Of a DNA stretch of 64,000 nucleotides, positions 32,724 to 43,079 are shown in pieces. The notes under the pieces are model-generated. The model worked only from the letters and a program-made list of their open reading frames with translations, was not told the origin of the DNA and did not search any database. The DNA comes from an uncultured Chloroflexia bacterium (GTDB lineage Bacteria; Chloroflexota; UBA6077; JACCZL01): positions 96,001-160,000 of the forward strand of contig CAVXYC010000007.1 of the NCBI GenBank assembly GCA_963765765.1, read 5' to 3'. Both the position numbers and the translations under genes were made by a program. Position 1 is the stretch's first letter, and each line of letters opens with the position of its first letter.

Positions 32724-33718
32724 CTAAGCTCCCGCTCGCTGCCTGGCTCGATCGACGTTATCGCCAATTGCCACGATGATGCGATCGATGCGGTCGGCGG
32801 CGCCGGAAGCCTTCTGGTAGATCACGATGAGATCGCCCGGCTCACCGGACCATTCTCGGGCGATCTCATCAGGCAGCGCCTTCTCGAGGGTGCTGCTGTG
32901 ATAGCGCTCTACGACGAACGACTCATTGCCTTCGGGTTGAGCCGATCGGCGCTGCGCATCGTTCGGGAGTAGGCTGCGCGCCGCGTCTCGAGCGGACTCG
33001 AGGGTCATGGGCGCATTTGCTGCTGTTCGAGCCGCAAGCAGGAGGGCGCGCGCTGGGTCAGGGCTGAACAGCACCTGGTATTCGCGAGGCTGACGTTGAT
33101 ACACCACAAGACGCGATGGCGTCTCGCCAGTAGGTGCCCCGTAAGCGCCGTCAAAGCTTGCGCGCGAGTTAGCCAGTCCTCCTGATGGAGACACCTCGCC
33201 ACGGAATGGCTGCGTCGTTGGTGTAGCCACGCCGTGGGAGGCGCGCGGGGAGGCGCCGTCGTGGGAGGCGCCGATGCAATCGTCGGTTGAACCAGGGTAG
33301 GGGCCGGAACACTCGTAGGTTTGGTCTGCGCGCCCGTCTCACCGCTCGCACCAACCGGTGGTGCCCCGGGCGGCGGCGCTACCACGGCGGCCGTGGCTGG
33401 AGGCGCCTTTGGAACAGGCGTCACGATAACCTCAGCCTGAGGTGTCTGGGTAGGAACGATTAAAGTGGGAAACCCTTGAGTGGGGGGTACCGAAGTGGCC
33501 GTAATGACCACGGTCACCGGGACACCTACCACGGCAGGCGTACTGGTGGATTGCGCGGCCACGCTGACGTTGACTTGATCGCCGCCTCGGCGCATGGCAA
33601 GAATCGCCCCGATGACCGCGAGGATGGCTAGCCCTCCGATACCCAGGAGAATCCAGGGCATTCGCCCGGCGAGGCGAGAAGACGGCTCCTCCGGCGGAGT
33701 CGGATCCTGGTACGTCAT
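32724..33718 (-). CDS. Membrane-anchored Pro/Thr-rich hypothetical protein, frameshift near 33233
   Basis: TM + P/T linker (ORF 33005..33718) continues into globular ORF 32724..33230. Confidence 0.65.
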
Positions 33719-33730
33719 TCAGCTACATGC

Positions 33731-34018
33731 CTACGGTCGCGGGGTCACGTTGATGTTCGTAGGAGGCGCTGGGTACATGGCGGCCTGAAGTGGACCAGTG
33801 AAGAGGAACCACAGGATGGCAATGACGGCCACCAGCACGAGCAGCACGGTCAAAAAATTGATCGTGGCGGCGGACGTTCGGTCGGTGGTGTCGCGCTCAA
33901 CGATGACCCGCTCTGGCGGAGTAACGACCACCCGTTCCGGGGGAGAAACGACGACCCGCTCTGGAGGTGGATTGACAACCCCCTCTGGTGGAGGATTATT
34001 TACGTTCACCTCAGTCAT
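33731..34018 (-). CDS. Small single-TM protein with four 8-aa (N/S/T)PPE(R/G)VV repeats
   Basis: GGAG RBS; 24-bp periodic repeats at about 33899-33995; C-terminal TM. Confidence 0.7.
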   Translation of the reverse strand: MTEVNVNNPPPEGVVNPPPERVVVSPPERVVVTPPERVIVERDTTDRTSAATINFLTVLLVLVAVIAILWFLFTGPLQAAMYPAPPTNINVTPRP

Positions 34019-34052
34019 GTGGAACTCCAAGCGAAAGGTAACCGGAACCTAC

Positions 34053-34068
34053 AGCATGAGATGTGCCG
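34053..34068 (-). promoter_or_regulatory. Sigma-54-type motif CGGCACATCTCATGCT
   Basis: GG-N10-GC, 35 bp before ATG 34018. Confidence 0.5.
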
Positions 34069-34334
34069 CATTAGGGTATTGGCTTAGGGGTTAGTGGTCG
34101 GTGAGCCGAGAACTCATAGCGCAAAGGCGACCGCGCGTCTTCGCCGCTTTCCGGCGGCTGGAAGCCCAGTGTCGATAGAAGTGTCCCACTGTTCTGATCT
34201 GAATTGCGGTGCCCTTCGGGCGCTCTGGTCGGTTGAAACAGTCGAGTGGCGTCGGTCCACCCAGAAGGAAGCGGCGAGCACCGCCACAGTCTAAAACGGT
34301 TGTGTGCCCACACTATGAACTATGCGCAGTCCGT

Positions 34335-34560
34335 GGGTCGTGGCTGTCATCAGCCTGGCACTCGTGAATGCTTTACCAAGTGGAGTCCAGAAGGCTCGTG
34401 CCAGCAGAGCTCGTCGCAGTAGCCTCATATGGCCACGGTGGTGGTCGTTGACGTCACGGTCCTGGGGATTATTCCGGCGAAAGTGGGCGGGAAGTGCGCG
34501 CGGCGATCGACCGCGTCGTGCAGGATAAAACTGGCACGCTGACGGTTGGATCGACGCTCA
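34335..34560 (+). pseudogene. Degenerate P-type (likely P1B) ATPase remnant
   Basis: IDRVVQDKTGTLTVG containing the DKTGTLT signature at 34524-34544; upstream RASRARRSSLI resembles the preceding P1B segment. Confidence 0.55.
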
Positions 34561-34720
34561 CCCTGCCCACATCAAATCCAGGCACTGGCTCGGTGGTGAG
34601 GTGCCATTCAACGAAGGTTGGCCCTTCTGGCGCCTCTTCCTGCATCCACTGGAGCCCGGGAAGCACCGAGCTGCGAACGCACTTGTGCGACGGGTCGTCC
34701 ATGATCCCAATGCCCGGCAG

Positions 34721-35659
34721 TTAGTGAGCCAAAGCTTCGGGGTGACGCGTCTCAAGAAGCTCGCGATCCCAGCCCCCTAAGGTGGCCGCGGCTTCATAGG
34801 TTGCCCGATAGAAATCGAAAAGCAGCTGCTCTGGATCCGCCGAAGTGCGCATCGTATCGTAGGGCAAAATGAACTGGCCGAGCTCAGCGACATAGGTAGC
34901 CGACGGGATCTGTTGGTCCTTGAATCCATCTGGCTCCGGATATGTGTAGGCATAGAACGCTGGTGCGCCGTACGTGAAGCCCGACATCCCGGTGTTTCCC
35001 GGCCAGAACCCTCGCGCTACGTTGGCTCGATCTTCCGCCACAGCTACAAAGCGCGGTACACCATCGATCCATGGCGCCGGTCCACCGGAATAGAGCGCCT
35101 GGGCGAGATCGAACGATCCCCAATAGAAGAGTACGGGACTGGCCTTCCCGACGAACGTGGCGCTGTGGCGCCGAAGCACTCGTTCTGTCTCGAGCTGGAT
35201 GCGCCACCAGCGCCGAACATACTCCCCGTCATATGATGCGTGCCCATCATCCTGCTCAAATGGAACCGGATTAGGCATCTCCGACGGAAGCGTGCTGATT
35301 GCCACATTCACGCCCACGTCCCTTAGCGCCTTGGTGAATCGTGCGTAGAAGGCTGCGACAGATTGCGTTGTCAGCGGGATGGCGGCTTCTGTGCCCTCGC
35401 AATGGGACATGACAAGTCGGTCATCTAGAAAATCGAAATCGATGGAGAACGATCCATCGTTGGTGGGAATGGGCCCCGTCGTCAGACCACGCGCGGAAAG
35501 CGTGAGGGCCACGTGCCAATAGTGGTTTTGGAACGGGCTGAGCGCCAGCTTCACCTTCCCGGCCATCTGGGTCCAGAGGTGGAGCGTGTCACACGTGTCC
35601 GACCACTCCGCGAGTGGCAATGCTGGCCAGTTCCTCGCGGCATTTTTTGTTTTCGTCAT
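34721..35659 (-). CDS. DUF5996 family protein
   Basis: WPALPL..W.DT..TLHLWTQ..GK, NHYWHV, SPV.F.WGSFDLA, GFWPG, PAFYAYTYPEP. Confidence 0.85.
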   Translation of the reverse strand: MTKTKNAARNWPALPLAEWSDTCDTLHLWTQMAGKVKLALSPFQNHYWHVALTLSARGLTTGPIPTNDGSFSIDFDFLDDRLVMSHCEGTEAAIPLTTQSVAAFYARFTKALRDVGVNVAISTLPSEMPNPVPFEQDDGHASYDGEYVRRWWRIQLETERVLRRHSATFVGKASPVLFYWGSFDLAQALYSGGPAPWIDGVPRFVAVAEDRANVARGFWPGNTGMSGFTYGAPAFYAYTYPEPDGFKDQQIPSATYVAELGQFILPYDTMRTSADPEQLLFDFYRATYEAAATLGGWDRELLETRHPEALAH

Positions 35660-35749
35660 GAAGGCCCCCGTGTCTCAATTCTAGATCCATGGTAGTGTGA
35701 TGCCGTTCGCTGACTGGGATCACGGAAGAGCGTCCCGGAGGAGATCACC

Positions 35750-36669
35750 ATGCTTGCAGATCCACGCTTTCATCATCTGCACCTCAACTCGGTAAATCCC
35801 GACGCCGCGATCAATTTCTACGTCCGGCAGTTTCCGAGCACGTCACGCGGCGACTGGTCCGGTATCCCGGCCTTGCATTCGCCCAACGACGTCATGCTTC
35901 TTTTCGATAGGGGGGCGAGCCCGCCTTCCACACAACCACAAACAGCCATATGGCACTTCGGCTGGCACGTGACTGACGCGCGCACGAGCTTAGAGACGTA
36001 TCAAAGCCGCCCGGACGTGAACCTGCTTCCGCTGTACACCTCGCAGGAGGGTGGCGAGGTATTCATCAGTAGTGACACATGGCCGGGGACGGGTGGTGTG
36101 CTGGGACTGACGCGAGCTCAGATCGCGGATGCTCGGGCAAAGGGCACCAAGCCGGCCGGGGGCCGGGATTCGCTTACATGGAGGGGCCGGATTGCGCGCT
36201 CGTGGAATACGCCGGGAACTACCCGGCGGAGCGCTTCAACCACGTGCACATGTATCAGGAGGAGTCGCTGTGCGCGGTTTTATGGTACGAGCGACACCTT
36301 CAAGCTGCCCCCATGGCATTGGACGCGGCACAACTGACGGAGGCCAATTGCAGCGTGCAACGGGGGCCGGATCCCACGTGGCCCGCGCTCGAGCGAGAAG
36401 GCATGCTGCGCACGCCAAAGGCCGCCGTGGCGTTCGGCGACGTGATGCTGACCTGGTACGCCCCTCAGGATGATGGGCCGTTGGTCCCGACGCGCGGGCA
36501 GCTCTACGATCACATCGCGCTGAGCGTCAGCGACCTCGACGCGTGGATCGCCAAGCTCCGTGAGGAGGACGTCACGTTTCTGGAGCAGCCCTATCGTCTA
36601 GGTGAGACCCGGGCCGTCATGATCGAAGGGCCAAGCCGCGAGGCGCTGGAGCTGGTTGAAGTGCGCTGA
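35750..36669 (+). CDS. Two-domain VOC/glyoxalase family protein, frameshift near 36160
   Basis: FHHLHL, IWHFGW, FNHVHM, DHIALSV and EGP...LELVE. Confidence 0.82.
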
Positions 36670-36758
36670 GCAGGGGCCAGCAAGCCACGTTGTACGAACA
36701 CCCAGGATGCCTTTCCGCCTAGCTCGGCACTCCCTCGTCGTTAAATTAAAGATCCGGT

Positions 36759-36774
36759 TGGCGCGCGTCCTGCA
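36759..36774 (+). promoter_or_regulatory. Sigma-54-type motif TGGCGCGCGTCCTGCA
   Basis: GG-N10-GC preceded by an AT-rich tract, 46 bp before ATG 36820. Confidence 0.5.
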
Positions 36775-36819
36775 TACCTCCTACTGGTGTGGCGCGCGAC
36801 AGTGCGCCGGAGGTGACGA

Positions 36820-37314
36820 ATGGTTATGGGCTGGCGGCCAATGCTCGTAAGTGGCGCACTCAGCGTACTCATCCTCACATCACCAGCGACTGTGACAGCA
36901 GTGCCTGGCACGGGCGAAGGCTGGTTCACCGGGATTCCGGTCACTGCCGAGAGCTCTGCTTCAGGCTCACTCGACATCGTCCAATTTCGCGAAGAAGAAG
37001 GACAGCTAGTCACAGATGCATTACTAACTATGCCGCGGTTGAGCGGTTCAACGTCGCTTAACAATACCAAAGTAACCTGGCCCGTGACTGACGTTAGTGG
37101 ATCATGCGGTGTGCTGCACCTGGAGCTCACTCCCCGAAGCGGGGCAACGGCTTTGCCGGCCATGAAAAGGGTGAGCGTCTCGCTGCCCGGAGCATCGGAA
37201 CCGCAAAACTTGCGCGAGGATCGAGTCTGTCGGACAGCGACAGCGATCCAGAATGGGGCAGCACCCTCGGAAGTGCTGCCGTTACTCAATGACCTGGTGC
37301 GTTACTTCCGCTGA
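36820..37314 (+). CDS. Secreted hypothetical protein
   Basis: GGAGG RBS; signal peptide; SCGVLHLEL..C pair. Confidence 0.65.
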   Translation: MVMGWRPMLVSGALSVLILTSPATVTAVPGTGEGWFTGIPVTAESSASGSLDIVQFREEEGQLVTDALLTMPRLSGSTSLNNTKVTWPVTDVSGSCGVLHLELTPRSGATALPAMKRVSVSLPGASEPQNLREDRVCRTATAIQNGAAPSEVLPLLNDLVRYFR

Positions 37315-37373
37315 GCCCGCGTGCCCCTATGGCGCACCTGAATGTAGCCCATTTGAGGCATCTGGCTCAGGTC

Positions 37374-37389
37374 CGGCACGCGTCCTGCG
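37374..37389 (+). promoter_or_regulatory. Sigma-54-type motif CGGCACGCGTCCTGCG
   Basis: GG-N10-GC, 24 bp before the YggT ATG. Confidence 0.5.
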
Positions 37390-37412
37390 GATCCGTGAGG
37401 GGAGGTAACAAG

Positions 37413-37850
37413 ATGTACGAACGCCGTGAAGTTGTCACGGAGGCGCCTCCAGCGACGAGTGTTGCTGAGCACGTAGAGTCGGTAACAGAGGATCCCTATG
37501 CCCCTCGGCGCGGCACCAACGAGAAAATTCGCCAGGGCATCTACCTGCTGTTTGCGATCATCACTGGGCTGATCGCGATCCGATTCGTGCTTCGGTTGTT
37601 TGGGGCGAATCCAGATGTCCCATTTGCGTCGTTCATATACGGCGTCACGTCCCTATTCGTAGCCCCATTTGTGGGCTTGTTCGGCACTCCCGCGTTCAAT
37701 GGCAGCGTGTTGGAATGGCATTCAGTCGTTGCAATCATCGTCTACATGCTCCTGGCCTGGGTCCTTGTAAAGCTAACCTGGGTTCTCGCTGGGGAAACCC
37801 GCCGAGCCAGTCGAGCCGAGATTCATCGGGTGGACACGGAGGTTCCATAG
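37413..37850 (+). CDS. YggT family membrane protein
   Basis: IRFVLRLFGANP..F..FIY..T..FVAPFVGLF motif; GGAGG RBS. Confidence 0.85.
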   Translation: MYERREVVTEAPPATSVAEHVESVTEDPYAPRRGTNEKIRQGIYLLFAIITGLIAIRFVLRLFGANPDVPFASFIYGVTSLFVAPFVGLFGTPAFNGSVLEWHSVVAIIVYMLLAWVLVKLTWVLAGETRRASRAEIHRVDTEVP

Positions 37851-37884
37851 CGCTCCTGACGCCTTCGCTAGTCCTCTTCTAGCG

Positions 37885-37900
37885 TGGCATAAAATCTGCT
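37885..37900 (+). promoter_or_regulatory. Sigma-54-type motif TGGCATAAAATCTGCT
   Basis: GG-N10-GC, 32 bp before ATG 37932. Confidence 0.55.
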
Positions 37901-37931
37901 CCGCACGATGTCGGCTCCAGCGGGAGGCGCC

Positions 37932-38607
37932 ATGGTTCCGCAGACCCTCCTCGGTGCGCTTGTAGCAATAAGCTCGGCCGTGGGCCTGGTAATTACCGAC
38001 GGTAGTGCCGTGAGAGTCGCCCAGGTAGAATCGATGTTACAAGCGTGCGGTTTCCGTACCACCCCGGCGACTCGGGCGTCCGCGGGCCCGCCGGGGACGC
38101 TCCCCTGGATAGCGCCACCGGAAGTGGGGGCCGAGCCTCTCATCTTCTTCGCGCGAGACTCCGAGGACGTTGGTCGACCCGACGGTCGACTTTTCACCGT
38201 CCTGATATTTCCCGACAGCGCTCGAGCGACCAGCATGTACGAGACGGCTCGGGCACGTGCCGCCACTGTCCCAACCCCGGCTCGAGCTCCCGGCGTTCGC
38301 CTCAGCGTTTCGGAGCGACCCATTGAGCCAGGATCGTGGTCCAATGCTCGTTCAAGGCGCTGGGCCAAGCTTCTGGAAGGCTGAGGTTGTTGCCTTTCAG
38401 CTGCTGGTGCCACCCGAGCCGTCCGTCATCGACATTGCTGTGCAGCTCCGCAAAGAGGGGACCGAGCTGGCCGCGGCGAGCCCGGAACAAGTCCGCTCAG
38501 CCATCGGCCTCGCACGCGCCGAGCTGAAGCCCCGCTCCCACGATGACCTTGGGACATCGCCCCTCGGCGTTGACCGCGATTTCGCGGATTGCCTCAGTCC
38601 TCTTTAG
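37932..38607 (+). CDS. Secreted hypothetical protein, frameshift near 38325
   Basis: GGAGG RBS; signal-like N-terminus; ORFs 37908..38384 and 38257..38607 overlap. Confidence 0.5.
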
Positions 38608-38625
38608 GAGCGGCGGCGCCATTAC

Positions 38626-38948
38626 CGTCTGGACAACACGGTCTATCGCCTCGGCTTTGCTCGAACGCTCCCAATGGCGGCAACTGGTAACCCATAGTCA
38701 TAGTCTGATCATTGGTCGCCGCACCGATATTCCGTCCTACCAGGTCCGGCCCGGCGAGACGGTCACCCTGGACGGCACCGACGCACAAAATGCCAACCGT
38801 CATCGAGGAGCTCTAGGCGCGCAGGCCGCTTTCTCCGTGGTTGAACAGAACAGACACCACGGGCCAAGTCACTGGATTGCCCGAACATGACTACGTGGAT
38901 CTGCCTGTTGAGGAGGAGCAGATCGTCGTGTTCTATGCACGCCGTTGA
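38626..38948 (+). pseudogene. rpsD: Truncated, frameshifted ribosomal protein S4 paralog
   Basis: [44 protein letters not shown]...EEQIVVFYARR*; N-terminal half absent. Confidence 0.8.
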
Positions 38949-38983
38949 ATTCGGGCTTGCAGGCCGCGCTCGGAAGGGGGTGA

Positions 38984-39436
38984 TTAATCCTGACCGCCCC
39001 ACATGCGCTGCTCCACAGCGGCGTAGATCGTAGCGCGCATGATGCCAAGGCGCGATAAGGTCACCGCGGCTGCGGTGGCATCGGACAAAACCGCGAGTAG
39101 CAAATGGTCGGGATCAATGTAGTAGTGACCGCGATGGTCAGCTTCCAGCCCGGCAAGCTCCAACGTTTGCATGAAATCCAGCGTCCGCGGCCCAAGCGCG
39201 GACGCCGCAGGCGGTCGATCCGCCATCACTGAACGAAGCGCTTGGCGCAAACGGTCTGGTCCCCAGCCGTTCTCAGCGAACACGCCGCCCGCGGTTCCGA
39301 GTGGTGCCGTAACAAGTGCCAGCAAGAGGTGCTCACTGGTGGCCGAACGATGACCTAGAGCTTCTGCCTCAGCCTCTGCCGACAGCAGAAGGTCCCGAAC
39401 TGCCGCGGTGTACCTATCGGAGCTAGGCCCGACCAT
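38984..39436 (-). CDS. Stand-alone Clp protease N-terminal (Clp R) domain protein
   Basis: Two repeats, EAEALGH...SEHLLLAL and EADHRGH..IDPDHLLLAV. Confidence 0.85.
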   Translation of the reverse strand: MVGPSSDRYTAAVRDLLLSAEAEAEALGHRSATSEHLLLALVTAPLGTAGGVFAENGWGPDRLRQALRSVMADRPPAASALGPRTLDFMQTLELAGLEADHRGHYYIDPDHLLLAVLSDATAAAVTLSRLGIMRATIYAAVEQRMWGGQD

Positions 39437-39548
39437 GATTCGGCTCTGGGACCAAAGAATTCTTGCCCTTTGTCTGCATCTCAGTCAATCTGGCCGGGAG
39501 GGGCGGGACGCCCGCGGTCCCAGGCCGCCACTCTTGCGCTGCACTGGG

Positions 39549-41348
39549 CTAACCCTTGAGACTGAGTACCGCCATGAAGGCTTCCTGGGGAATCTCTACG
39601 CTCCCCACGCGCTTCATCCGCTTCTTGCCCTCGGCCTGCTTCTCGAGCAGTTTGCGCTTGCGACTGATGTCACCACCGTAGCACTTGGCCAGGACGTTCT
39701 TCCGCATCGCGCGAATAGTCTCGCGGGCGATGATCTTGCTGCCCACCGCGGCCTGCAATGGCACGTCAAAGAGCTGACGAGGAATGAGGCCACGAAGCTT
39801 ATCTACGAGCTCGCGGCCGGCGCTCTGCGCTTTGTCCTCATGGACGATCATCGAAAGCGCGTCCACGGGCGTGGTATTCACCAGGATGTCCAGCTTCACC
39901 AGATCAGACGCCCGGTAACCCACAAAACTGTAGTCCATGGACGCATAGCCCTGGGTGCGGGACTTGAGCTGGTCGTGGAGATCGATGATGAGCTCAGCCA
40001 GCGGCATGTCGTAGTCGATGAGTACGCGCTGCTCATCGAGGTAGTCCATCTTTTTGTAAACACCGCGGCGCGTGGTGACGAGGTCCATGACGGCGCCAAT
40101 GGATCGGCTCGGAACGATGACCGAAAGGGAAACCCAGGGCTCTTCCACGCGTTGAATCTTGTTCGGCGCGGGAAGCTGCGCGGGGTTATCCACCTCCAGT
40201 AAGCCACCGTCCGTTGTGTACACGTGGTACTCCACACTGGGCGCGGTGATGAGCAGCTCCAGGTCGTACTCACGCTCCAGACGCTCGCGGATGATCTCCA
40301 TGTGGAGCATGCCCAGGAATCCGCAGCGGAAGCCGAATCCGAGCGCCGCGGAGCTCTCGGGCTCGTACACGAGCGAGGCATCGTTGAGCTTGAGTTTGAT
40401 GAGCGCTTCACGCAGAAGTGGATACTCATCGCTCTGGGTGGGATACAGGCCAGCGAAGACCATCGGTTTTGCAGGGCGATACCCCGCCAACGGCTCAGTG
40501 GCGGGCCGCTCAGACAGGGTAATGGTGTCGCCCACGGCCATGTCTCCCACATCCTTCAATCCCGTGGCTATGTAGCCCACTTCACCGGTAACGAGCTCAT
40601 CGCGCGCTTCCATGCCGGGGCGGAACACGCCCACTTCGAGCACGTCCGCGTGCCGACCGGTCACCATCATTGTTACCCGCTTGTTGGGTGGCAGCCGGCC
40701 GTCCTTGAGCCGCACATAGGCGATAACGCCCTTATACGCGTCGTAATGCGAATCGAAGACCAGCGCGCGGAGCGGCGCATCGGGCTCGCCCTTGGGCGGC
40801 GGAACCTGCTCTACGATTGCTTCCAATATGTCGGCCACCCCTGTGCCCAGCTTGGCGGAGATAGGAATCGCCTCATCGCCGGGCAGTCCTACGACGCGCT
40901 CGATCTCCCCTCGCGCGGCATCGACGTCCGCGTTGGGCAGATCGATCTTATTGATGACCGGAATGATCGTTAGATCGTGATCGATGGCCAGGTAAGCGTT
41001 GGCCAGCGTTTGCGCTTCTACGCCCTGGGCGGCGTCCACGACCAGGAGAGCGCCCTCGCACGCCGCAAGGCTGCGCGAGACTTCGTAGCCGAAGTCCACG
41101 TGGCCGGGCGTATCAATCAAGTTCAGCTCAAATACGTCACCATTCGGCCGGCGGTACTCCATGCGCACCGACTTGGCCTTGATGGTGATGCCCTTCTCAC
41201 GCTCCAAATCCATGGCGTCCAGAAGCTGCGCCGACATGTCACGCGAGGCGACCGTCCCGGTCATCTCCAGCAGGCGGTCAGCCAGCGTGGACTTGCCGTG
41301 ATCGATGTGGGCGATGATGCAGAAGTTGCGTATGTGGGCCTGGTCCAT
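39549..41348 (-). CDS. lepA: Elongation factor 4 (LepA)
   Basis: [46 protein letters not shown]. Confidence 0.98.
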   Translation of the reverse strand: MDQAHIRNFCIIAHIDHGKSTLADRLLEMTGTVASRDMSAQLLDAMDLEREKGITIKAKSVRMEYRRPNGDVFELNLIDTPGHVDFGYEVSRSLAACEGALLVVDAAQGVEAQTLANAYLAIDHDLTIIPVINKIDLPNADVDAARGEIERVVGLPGDEAIPISAKLGTGVADILEAIVEQVPPPKGEPDAPLRALVFDSHYDAYKGVIAYVRLKDGRLPPNKRVTMMVTGRHADVLEVGVFRPGMEARDELVTGEVGYIATGLKDVGDMAVGDTITLSERPATEPLAGYRPAKPMVFAGLYPTQSDEYPLLREALIKLKLNDASLVYEPESSAALGFGFRCGFLGMLHMEIIRERLEREYDLELLITAPSVEYHVYTTDGGLLEVDNPAQLPAPNKIQRVEEPWVSLSVIVPSRSIGAVMDLVTTRRGVYKKMDYLDEQRVLIDYDMPLAELIIDLHDQLKSRTQGYASMDYSFVGYRASDLVKLDILVNTTPVDALSMIVHEDKAQSAGRELVDKLRGLIPRQLFDVPLQAAVGSKIIARETIRAMRKNVLAKCYGGDISRKRKLLEKQAEGKKRMKRVGSVEIPQEAFMAVLSLKG

Positions 41349-41378
41349 GCGAGCCGATCAGTGGAAATTGCGATCATC

Positions 41379-41408
41379 AAAAGGCCCGTCCGAAGGGCTG
41401 GACGGGCC
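41379..41408 (-). terminator. Intrinsic-terminator-like hairpin just upstream of lepA
   Basis: GGCCCGTCC-N8-GGACGGGCC followed by TTTT on the minus strand. Confidence 0.55.
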
Positions 41409-41706
41409 GATGTCTCAGCGATGAAGTATAGCAGTCGCGGTCATGAGGAGCGGCTTACTGATCATAAAATCGCGGCACGACGGGGATCTGGCGAGGCAGC
41501 AGCCCCCACAACGTTCCAGTACGATCTCACCGCCCGATGGACGCGGTTCGAGACGGTAGAGACCGCTGGGACTGGAGGAGAGCTACTATTCCATCCGCTC
41601 CGTTGAAGGCCGGCTGCCTGGCAGGGAGCAATGGTGGGAAGTGCTGGAGCCGAAAATCCTGGGGCTGGAGCCGCTCGCCCGCGTCAAGCGCTAATCTCAA
41701 CTTGCA

Positions 41707-41804
41707 CAGAGCCGCATCCGGTAAGGGTGCGGTTCCTCCCACAGTGTCCCCGTTCAGAGCGGGACCTCGCGAGAGGAACCGCACCCTTACCGGATGCGGT
41801 TCTG
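41707..41804. repeat. REP-like doublet with 32-bp arms
   Basis: CAGAGCCGCATCCGGTAAGGGTGCGGTTCCTC (41707-41738) vs 41773-41804, 1 mismatch; a 15-bp partial copy lies at 18710-18724. Confidence 0.75.
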
Positions 41805-41808
41805 CTGC

Positions 41809-43057
41809 CTACCGCTTCTCGTTCGCGATGGCCAGCGCCTTGTCCAGGAACACGTCGCCGGTGGGCGTTCCGATAATGACCTTGTAGTCATTGATCTTGG
41901 ACCAGTCGGGCGTCGCATCCTGGTTGACGATCTTCGCATCCAGGCGGCGAGAGGTTGCGTCGGGTCCGCCCAGCTCGTTCCAGGTATCCTGGCCCTCTTT
42001 GCTCAGGAACCAGGCCAGGAAGACCTTGGTGGCATTGGGATGCGGCGCATTCTTCATCAAGGTCACGCCCGCCGCGGATACGGTTGTGGTCCCGACCTCC
42101 ACCAGCGGCTGAGCATTCTTGCCCAGGCCGATGGAAGTGAACTCGGCCAGCGTGTCCGGCGTGACGCCGATACAGATCGGGTAGCGGCCCTGGACCATCC
42201 ATTCCACGGACTGACGGATGTTGTCCACCGCCACCGGCTCCTGGTCGAACATGATTTTGCGCACGAAGTCCTCGCCCTGACTCTGGACGAGCGCCGCCAA
42301 TGCGTTGGAGCCGGCGCTGGATTGCTGCGGACGGTACATCGTGATCTTGCCCTTGAACTTCGGGTCGGCGAGCTGGCTTGCGGTGGCCAGCTCTGACACC
42401 GGCAGTACGTCACGATTGACGTAAATCCGATAGCCGATGTTGATCTGCGTGACCAACGAGTCCGGACTGGCGGCGCTGCGCTGCCAGTTGAACCCATTGG
42501 CCCACTTAGTGTCGTCACGCACGTCCGGCGGTAGAGACTCCAGGATCGGGCGAATGTCACCAACAGCGCCAGCCGGCATGAGCACCCGCTCAGCGCTATT
42601 CAAACCGGTCATGAACAGCAGGTCGGTGCTGTACATGCCCTGGCGCTGCTCCGAGACGGCGCGGGCGGAGAAGTTACTGGCGCCCAGACCCAGCCGCTCG
42701 ACCTTGATTCCTGGGAATTTGGCCTCGAAAACATCCGTGACACGCTTCTCGTTGTCGCCGGATGTATGCGCCAGGACAATGCTGCCTTCCTTACGCGCGG
42801 CCTCCACAGTCTGATCCCACTCTGCCTGACTCCAGGACGATGACGGCTTGGCGGCCGGGAGCTTCAGACTTGGCGGCAGGTGCGGTCGTAGGCTGAGCAG
42901 CGGGCGCATCCGTCTTTGGCGCCGCTGCCGGCGCCGTCGTGGGCTTGGTCGCGGAGGTTGGCGATGGTGGCGGCGCGGCCGGAGCGCATGCGATCGTGAG
43001 CAGGCCGATCGTCAGGGCCAGGCCAAGAGGTCGGGCAATTCCATATCGCGTCATCAT
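41809..43057 (-). CDS. Fe3+/thiamine-type (AfuA-like) ABC substrate-binding lipoprotein, frameshift near 42860
   Basis: Lipobox TIAC; AARKEG, LADPKFKGKI, APHPNATKVFLAWFLSKEGQ. Confidence 0.87.
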
Positions 43058-43079
43058 CACGTCTCCTCTTATTGCGCGA

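Noticed and set aside
34356-34372. Sigma-54 motif TGGCACTCGTGAATGCT
   Set aside because: GG-GC spacing is 11 rather than 10 and no intact gene follows
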